A stretch of 63,621 bases of DNA, counting the filler, from Thraustochytrium aureum (lineage: Eukaryota): the NCBI GenBank assembly GCA_012862495.1. It is 7 parts of 6 records of this genome, joined end to end, with 100 filler letters (N's around TTAATTAATTAA, not from the genome) between each part and the next. Parts side by side here need not be neighbours in the genome. Positions count along the whole stretch, not along the records: positions 56,949 to 63,621 come from BLSG01000349.1; 6 more parts are not named here. One strand, written 5' to 3'. Positions 56,949 through 63,621 of this stretch are shown here, one piece after another (position 1 is the first letter of the stretch; each line of letters starts with the position of its first letter). The notes below the pieces were generated by a model. It was not told the origin of the DNA. It searched no databases and saw nothing but the letters and a program-made list of their open reading frames with translations. Position numbers and translations under genes: made by a program.

Positions 56949-57265
56949 CTGCTGGGCTACAGAGAGCGATGCCATCCAACGCTCGCTAGGACCCGGTTTT
57001 GGGCTCCCGTTGAGGGTTGCTGCTGGGCTGCAGAGAGCGATGCCATCCAACGCCCGCGCGAGGACCGTTTTTGGGGCTCCCGTGGGCTTCAGAACGAGCC
57101 GACATCCACAGCCCGCGCGCGGACCCTTTTCTTGCTGTCGTTGGCCTCCAGAGCGCGCCGGCGTCCGCAGCCCGCGCGCGGACCCTTTTCTTGCTGCCGT
57201 ACCTCTCTAGCTCGAGGTTGTTTTAAAAGTAAGGGTTGCTTCTGGGCTACAGAGCGCTGCCGTCT
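56949..57265. repeat. Degenerate tandem repeat array at a scaffold edge (~60-75-bp units)
   Basis: GCTGGGCT.CAGAGAGCGATGCCATCCAACGC occurs twice, AGCCCGCGCGCGGACCCTTTTCTTGCTG twice, and a third AGGGTTGCT..CTGGGCTACAGAG near 57232. Confidence 0.75.
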
Positions 57266-57884
57266 TCCGGCCGCGCACGCTCACGGACCCCGAGGACGGC
57301 CTCGAGCAGAGGGCTGATGATGGCCATTGTGGACGCAAGGCTTGGCCGCTCATTGAGGCCGATGTCAACGTGGATCGACTGACGGCTTGGCCGCCCTTGA
57401 GGCGAGCAGCGCAGTGAGCTGCGGCCTCTCAGACGGCGGCCTGGCCGGCCTGAGGCTTGCAAGAACAAGTCGCGCGCCAGTGATGCTCACCGTGGATGGC
57501 CGCCCAAACCGTTTACTAATTTGGGAAACCAATGCTCTCAGGACGATCGTGAGGGTTGCCAGAATCGAAACGTCGCGCGCTGCCAGAGCTGCCGCGCAAG
57601 CCATTCGCAGCGCCTCGCGCCAGGGCCCACCATCACGTCCTTGGTCCGTCCGGCGGACACGCTTGGCAAGCGCGGCCGCGCCGGGGCCTGGCTGCGCAGG
57701 GCCAGAAGGGACGCCAGACGAGTCCAAGGTCGCGCGCGGGAAGGACGCGGCTTGGGCGCTAGGCTCGAGCGACGCCGCTGGACCGCGCGCGAGTGCTGTG
57801 CAAGGGCCCGGGACCCAAGGGTCCTACTTGGTCAGGAAAAAGTCAGACGCAGCCATCATGCCGGATGCCGAGGAGGACGGCTCC

Positions 57885-58677
57885 GGTGGGGGCATGCGAT
57901 GAATACAATCGAGCTTGTGATGGCCGCAGTTGGCGCCGGGCTGACCAAACTCGAGGTTGATGTGGCCTGGAATGGCCTGCTCCGGGAGCCGGTGATCAAG
58001 CACGCGAAAGAGAGCTTCGCGAGCAAGGAGGAGGAGACGATGGCATGCGACTGGATAAGAGCTGTGCAAGTGGCCGTGCGGGGCGGAGCGCGCGTCGAGG
58101 TCGTCAAGCTCGACTTTAAGCACCTCGGCGCTGTTGGCCACGTGCTGGGCCACTTGCTGCAAAGCAGGGACGCGTGGCCTGAGCACGGGCGGCCGGAGAT
58201 CTGGGTGAACGCAGACGTCGCGACCGATCGATCGAGCAGGCGGACCGGGTCGACTTCTTTCGAGCAGCGCACGACTTTGCCGCAGCAGGCGACTATCGAG
58301 TTCGCCTCAGCCTCGGCTGGGACACCAAGTGGGTTCTCTGCGGGGAGAACTGCTACAGTGCGTCTGACGTTGCGAACATGGCCCGTCTCTGCGAGGAGCT
58401 CGGAGGCGCGCTGCCCGTCACCTTCGCAGTGCGCGCATCGTTCGCCCTGGCGTCCTGGGAGCGGCTCGAGAGCTTGGTCCGCGCAGGACCAGATCGTGGC
58501 TTGACGCTCTGGACGGGCTGGGAGGGCGTCCCGCGAGCACAGGTCGCCCAGTTGGTGCAACTTGCTCGAGCTGCCAATGTGCCGATAGAGCTTGACATCT
58601 CTAAGGGCTCCAAGGCCAGCTGGCTCAACCCGGTCCGCTTTCTCGTTGCTGCCCACGACTGGTCCCGAAGTCGCTGA
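57885..58677 (+). CDS. FAM151/menorin-like (PLC-like phosphodiesterase fold) protein; start uncertain, apparent indel near 58235-58250
   Basis: WGHAMN, LEVDV, VKLDFK, IWVNADV, then in another frame LSLGWDT, PVTFAVRAS, GLTLWTG. Confidence 0.8.
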
Positions 58678-59104
58678 ACAGCATGCGGCGGCGGAGGTGG
58701 TTGTTCTTCAATATTTCAAGACAATTTGTTCTGCATTGCGCACTATTTGCGCTTCCACTACGCCCTGGGCACCGCTTCGCTGCGCTGCTCGCTGGTTGCA
58801 GGAGCTCACAGCAGCGAGCCCTCGGGGCTTTGCCAACCTACTCTACGCCCTCGTTCGGCCCTCTCTATCTTTAGCCGCCGCGTGCTCACGTCCTGCGCTT
58901 CACAACGCAGGACGCAGCCCGCCGCCCTGTTTATACTGAGAGTAGCACTCTGCAGCAGGCACACAAGCGGGCTCGGCGGCCGGCCGCCCAGCACAACATC
59001 GAGATACCTACCGCCTCCAAAAACCCAGCGCTAGCGCGACTGATGGCAGGTCAAGTTCTCCCACCTCGCATGCAACTAGGGCGAGGCGCCTCAGCCCGGA
59101 CCCC

Positions 59105-61389
59105 TCAGCCCACCTCGTACTCTCCAGGGCCCGGCGTTTTCGGTGCGATCTGGCAAAGAACCCGTTTGAGGTCCTCGTTGCCTATCTGGCCCATCGAGTA
59201 CGAGGGCGCGCTCGAACCCACCGTAGACTTTAAATCGTACTCGGCCGGGCCGGGGATCGCCTTGGCTCGCTTCGCGACCCAGTCAAGCTCGGACAATACC
59301 TCACCGCGTGTGAACGTGACTCCTGGTCTCATGTGCGCAGGCGTGCTCGACCGCCCCGGGGAATCCAGGTTGTATGTTCCGGGCCCGGGGCTCTGCGCTC
59401 GGCGGGCGAGTTTGTCATGGATCTCTTGCCCGACGCGGGCCGGCGTCTTGCCGATTGTAAAGCCGCGGTCAGACAGGCCGCTTTCAATGTTGTACGCACC
59501 AGGACCTGGTGAAGTCTCCACGCTCCCGCCAAAGCCGTCCTGCACAATACCACTGCTCTGTGCCAGAGATTTGCGCACTCGAGCGAGTTCAAAGGCCTCT
59601 CGCATGGCTCTCTCTTCTTCGGCCAGGGCGCTCAATTCTGTGCACAGCTTCGCCTTGTCCTCCAACTTGCTCCTGGCTACGGCACGGCGGTACACCTCTT
59701 GCCTGTGCAGGCGCTCAAGCTTGAGAATCCTGTCGACCTGCGCGATGCGGCGCTTCTCGCGCTGTTCCTGGTGCTGGCTCTCGAGCCTTTCGCGCGTTAG
59801 CTCGAGCTGGGCTTCTTTGCGCCGCTGTTCTTCGCGCAGGCTCCGCTCCCGCTCGGCGTCGCGCCTTTGTGCCTCTTCACGAACCCTTGCACGGTGCTGC
59901 TCGCGCGCCTCGGCAGCCTGCGACTTGCGAATCGACTCTTCGTCGAGGCCCTGCGGCGCGAGGTGGACAGCGCACTTTTGCGCTTGGAGCTTGGCAACGC
60001 GTTCGGCGGCCTGCTCGTTGCGCTCAAGCCACTCGGCCTCCCGGCGAGCGACGAGCGCCTCTTGGACGAGCTTTGCCTGCGCGTTTGCTCGCATCCGGGC
60101 TTCAAAGCGCTCGCGCGTCTCCGCCTGGCGCCTCTCCAGCAGCTGGGCAGCTTTGTCCTTTTTCTCGCGCAACTCGGCGTCGAGCTTGGCTTGCAGTTCT
60201 TCCCGCTCTTTGGCCTTCTTGGCTTCCCAGGCGCGTTTCCGCTCGAGCTTGGCAGTGCGCCTGCGCTCCCGTTCTTCGCGCTCCGCCGCAGCTCGCTCGG
60301 CGGCCAGACGCAAACGATCCGGACTGCGGAAGCGACCAGATGCGCTGGCGGCGCGGACCAGGTCTGGCGACGCCGGAGCTTTCATCTCCGTCACCAGTCT
60401 CTCGCGTTCCTCCAGGACAGCGACGAGGGCCTCAACGCGCTTGCGCTCCAAGTGCTCCGCGACGGCAGGCGAGGAATTCAGGGACTTGAGTCGGTGCTTT
60501 TGCCGCTCTGGCAGGATGTCGTCCAGGCCGACGCCGAGCCCGGCCATAGCCTTCTGGACTAGAGCAGACTTGAGCATGGCCTGGACTTGNNNNNNNNNNN
60601 NNNNNNNNNNNNNNNNNNNNNNNNNNNNNNNNNNNNNNNNNNNNNNNNNNNNNNNNNNNNNNNNNNNNNNNNNNNNNNNNNNNNNNNNNNNNNNNNNNNN
60701 NNNNNNNNNNNNNNNNNNNNNNNNNNNNNNNNNNNNNNNNNNNNNNNNNNNNNNNNNNNNNNNNNNNNNNNNNNNNNNNNNNNNNNNNNNNNNNNNNNNN
60801 NNNNNNNNNNNNNNNNNNNCCCTGCGCGCCGCCGCTCCTTGTCGCGCTGTTGCTCGTGGGCGCGGCGGTGCGCGACGCTTCGCTTGTCGGCAGACGTCTG
60901 CGGCCGCTTCCGTTGAGAGTCATGCTGACGTTGACCCGGGCTTTGAACGGGGCTGCCGACCAAGTCGGGCTGGTCAAAGTCTACAGAATAAGCGTCGTCA
61001 TTGGCGTCATTGGCGTCCTCCTCGCCGCCCACAGCAGGCACGCTTTGCGGATGCTTTGGTGAAGACTTTGCTGTGCCCTGTTGTGCGGAATGCGCGGTGC
61101 GTGCGCCCTTCTCGATCGTCGATAGTTGAGCCTCGACGCGGCGCAACTCCGCCTCCAGGTCGCGCAAGACGACCTTCTTGCCCGGGGCTTTCAAGCGCCG
61201 TTGTGCAGCTCCATTGGTTCTATATGCCGCGAGGGGCAGCTGGCCGCTGCCCTTCATTTCGGCCGCCAATCGCGGCGGCGCGGGGAGCCCGAGCGGCTCG
61301 ACCCGGCGACGGCCCTTGTCAGAGTGGTCGGCTTGCAGCGCGTCGAGTTCGGCCAAGCGGCCCGGCCCGCCTTTGGCGCCCAGGTGCAC
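59105..61389 (-). CDS. Coiled-coil protein with four SHIPPO/STPG (PGPGxY) repeats, likely flagellar; start uncertain, internal gap
   Basis: Long E/R/K coiled coil followed by SPGPGAYN, SPGPGTYN, IPGPAEYD and TPGPGEYE. Confidence 0.8.
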
Positions 61390-62984
61390 CTCCTCACCGG
61401 GCCCTTATCCAGAACCGACCGGGGCGGCCTCGCCAAGCGCGACCTCGCCAAGCGCGGCCTCGACGTGGTTGTGCTTCGGCGGCCGAGGTTGTTTCTGGCG
61501 ACTGTGGCGGCGACGACGCGCCGGCTGGTGCAATCAATCGCGCGCCTTGCGATTGTTATCTCTGCCTGCGAATCCGGTACGACTGCCAATGATGGTGACG
61601 AGGTGGCTTGCGCGAGGTAGCGACCTGTCTCTTTCGCTCACAGGATGGCAGCGTGGTTGAGGCAGAATAGCCAGCGAGCAATGCGGACGAGATTCATTCA
61701 AGAGCGGAGGAGAGGCTGAGCTGCTCCCCTGCAACCGGAGAACGGATGCAAGGACGGGACGGACTATACCGTTCCAGGCAACTTCCCGCTCACTCTGGCG
61801 CTTGTGTCGCAAACAGAGTCGATGTACTGTTTTGCAGCCCTCGGGAAATTGCACAGCATTGCCACGCGTTGCTCCCTGAGAGTGTCAGACTGCCAAGACG
61901 TGGCCAAAACAAAGCGAATGTTTCCAAGGCGCACTCCAACCGAGCAGCCGACGAACGGATCAGCACCCATCTTGCATGGCTGAGCAGTGAGCCGCACTCT
62001 TTATTCTGCCTCCCCCTTTGCGTTTTCTCACGGCATGCTGCCGCCGCGGAGCGCTTCGAAACAACCCAAGACGCGCTTGGTGCCGCAGCGGGGCAGACGC
62101 AGTAGGCAGAAAGGCAAAGCGAGCAAGCAAGAGGCTTGCTTCGTCCACGTCCGGCGTCGAGGCCACGCGGCACGGTCCGCCAACGGACACTTTTCCAACC
62201 TCCAAGTGTCCGTTGTGGACCACTCTTCCGGGCGCGTCGTGACTCGGATAATCCAGCGTCTCATGGTTCGAAGCTACAGACTTCTGCCGAATTGCGCGAG
62301 ATTCGTGCGCACTTGCCCATCAAGCCGCTGGTGTAGGCGGTGTCGTTGGGTTGGCTTCCGCCGCTGCAGGAGGAGGTCGGCAGCTTACCACCCACATTGA
62401 CGCTGATGAGGCCGAACGAATCAATACATTCAAGTGCTCTCGCATTCATGCGTGCAGAGGCCTTGCTCGAGGCGCTCCTCTGCCTGCGTGCGCCACAGAG
62501 AAGCGGAAAAAGAGCGGCACTCTCTGACGCGATCGAAAGTCGCCGCGCTGGTCGGCCGCTTCGCTGGAGGCGGCATCGATCCGGCTCGGAGCGCTGTGCG
62601 GCAATCTACCCGCTAGCTCGAGAGAGAAAAATGAAGGAAGCGCAATACGAGGAGGCGTTCACACGACGAGTTGCAGCGCGTTTCTCGATGAATGAGTCAA
62701 GTTGGCCCTTACGATGAGATCCGCGCCGTTGACCACACCTCGCGGCAAACACGAGCAGGCCAAGTCGCAGGAGCGCACAAAGTGCCAGCGGAGCGCAGCG
62801 GACACTCGTCTGGACCTGCGAGCAACACGCAGCTGTCGCCGCTGGCCAAGCAGGTCGTAAGCAGGACTGCCGCGCCTGGAGCAGCGCTCCTCGCCGAAGC
62901 GGATTGGCCACGTCGCCGGCGAGGCCGTCCGTTCGCCGCGCCCAGGTCGCGGGCCGCCACAAGACGGGAGCGTAGAAAGAGACC

Positions 62985-63621
62985 ATGGCCCGGCAGGTGG
63001 TATCCTTGGAGAACTTTATAGAGCGCAATGCGCCGATCGACAGCCCGCGTTCGCTGGAGGCGTGCCTCCGGCAAGGCATCGACCCGGTGGACCTCCGGCC
63101 GCGCACCATGGACGACTTTCTGGAAAAATGGCAAGGTGCCAAAGCAGGTAGCCAAGATGAAGTTTGACCATTTCGAGCAGCGGCGCGGCGAGCGGCTGGC
63201 GCTCGTCACCGGCGAGCGCGAGAGGATCGTCCAGTACCTGGCCTCGATCCAACAGGCCAACGAACACGAGCAAGCTGGCGAGGGAGAAGACGGCCAGGGC
63301 GAAGGTGCATCTAGCCCTGGCGCTGCGGGCTCTTCCGCGCGAGGGCGCTCGCCGATGCGGCAGTCGCCTGGCGTCCCGGCAAATTCAAAGTCGCCCGGGC
63401 GCGGCAAAGGTCTGCGGTCCGCGTCGCCGAAGAGCGTGGGCTCCGCCGCGGCCGGCTTTGGACTCGAAGTGGAGAAGGACATTGAGGCCCAGCTCGAGAA
63501 GGAGCGCAGACGGCTCGACAAACTCAAGCACAAGCAGGAAGAGGAGATCAAGCAAATGATCGAGTACGAGCTGGACGTGCAGCGCCAGGAGGCGGCCAAG
63601 AGGATTCGCGAGGAGCGCGAG
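62985..63621 (+). CDS. Coiled-coil protein with an N-terminal SPRSLEAC..GIDP motif (protist flagellar-associated type); apparent extra A at 63124-63128; runs off the window
   Basis: DSPRSLEACLRQGIDPVDL. Removing one A gives ENGKVPKQVAKMKFDHFEQRRGERL...KERRRLDKLKHKQEEEIKQMIEYE. Confidence 0.7.

Noticed and set aside
13663..63128. Many frameshifts (PFK, NTF2 protein, methyltransferase, FMO, FAM151, last gene) as programmed frameshifting or mass pseudogenisation
   Set aside because: Mostly single-base changes in short homopolymers within otherwise intact conserved genes. This pattern is typical of pyrosequencing-type error.

Overview
GC-rich eukaryotic nuclear DNA from a gapped draft assembly. 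It has spliceosomal GT-AG introns of about 75-110 bp, AP2 transcription-factor, Pex16 and mitoribosomal genes, and flagellar-type coiled-coil proteins. A flagellated heterotrophic protist, possibly a thraustochytrid-like stramenopile, is my inference only. The window is a concatenation of 7 scaffold pieces joined by artificial N44-TTAATTAATTAA-N44 linkers, so adjacency across linkers is meaningless. Many genes carry single-base indels in short homopolymers that look like sequencing errors. About 27 genes or gene fragments are recognisable. Most notable: (1) a ~2230-aa membrane protein with a signal peptide, a BPI/TULIP-like domain, four ~300-aa repeats and two PqiA/LetA-type membrane domains, a candidate single-chain lipid-transport bridge; (2) an adenylate kinase fused to a double-hotdog thioesterase-like domain, which ends in PTS1-like SSL once one homopolymer base is restored; (3) a circularly permuted macrodomain fused to an aldo-keto reductase; (4) a Ubl-like/TIR/zinc-finger protein; (5) a three-exon TSPOON/LOLITA-like gene missed by the ORF track; (6) a Mutator-like transposase; (7) a large secreted helical protein with toxin-like features. 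All family calls come from motif recognition by eye; no database searches were run.
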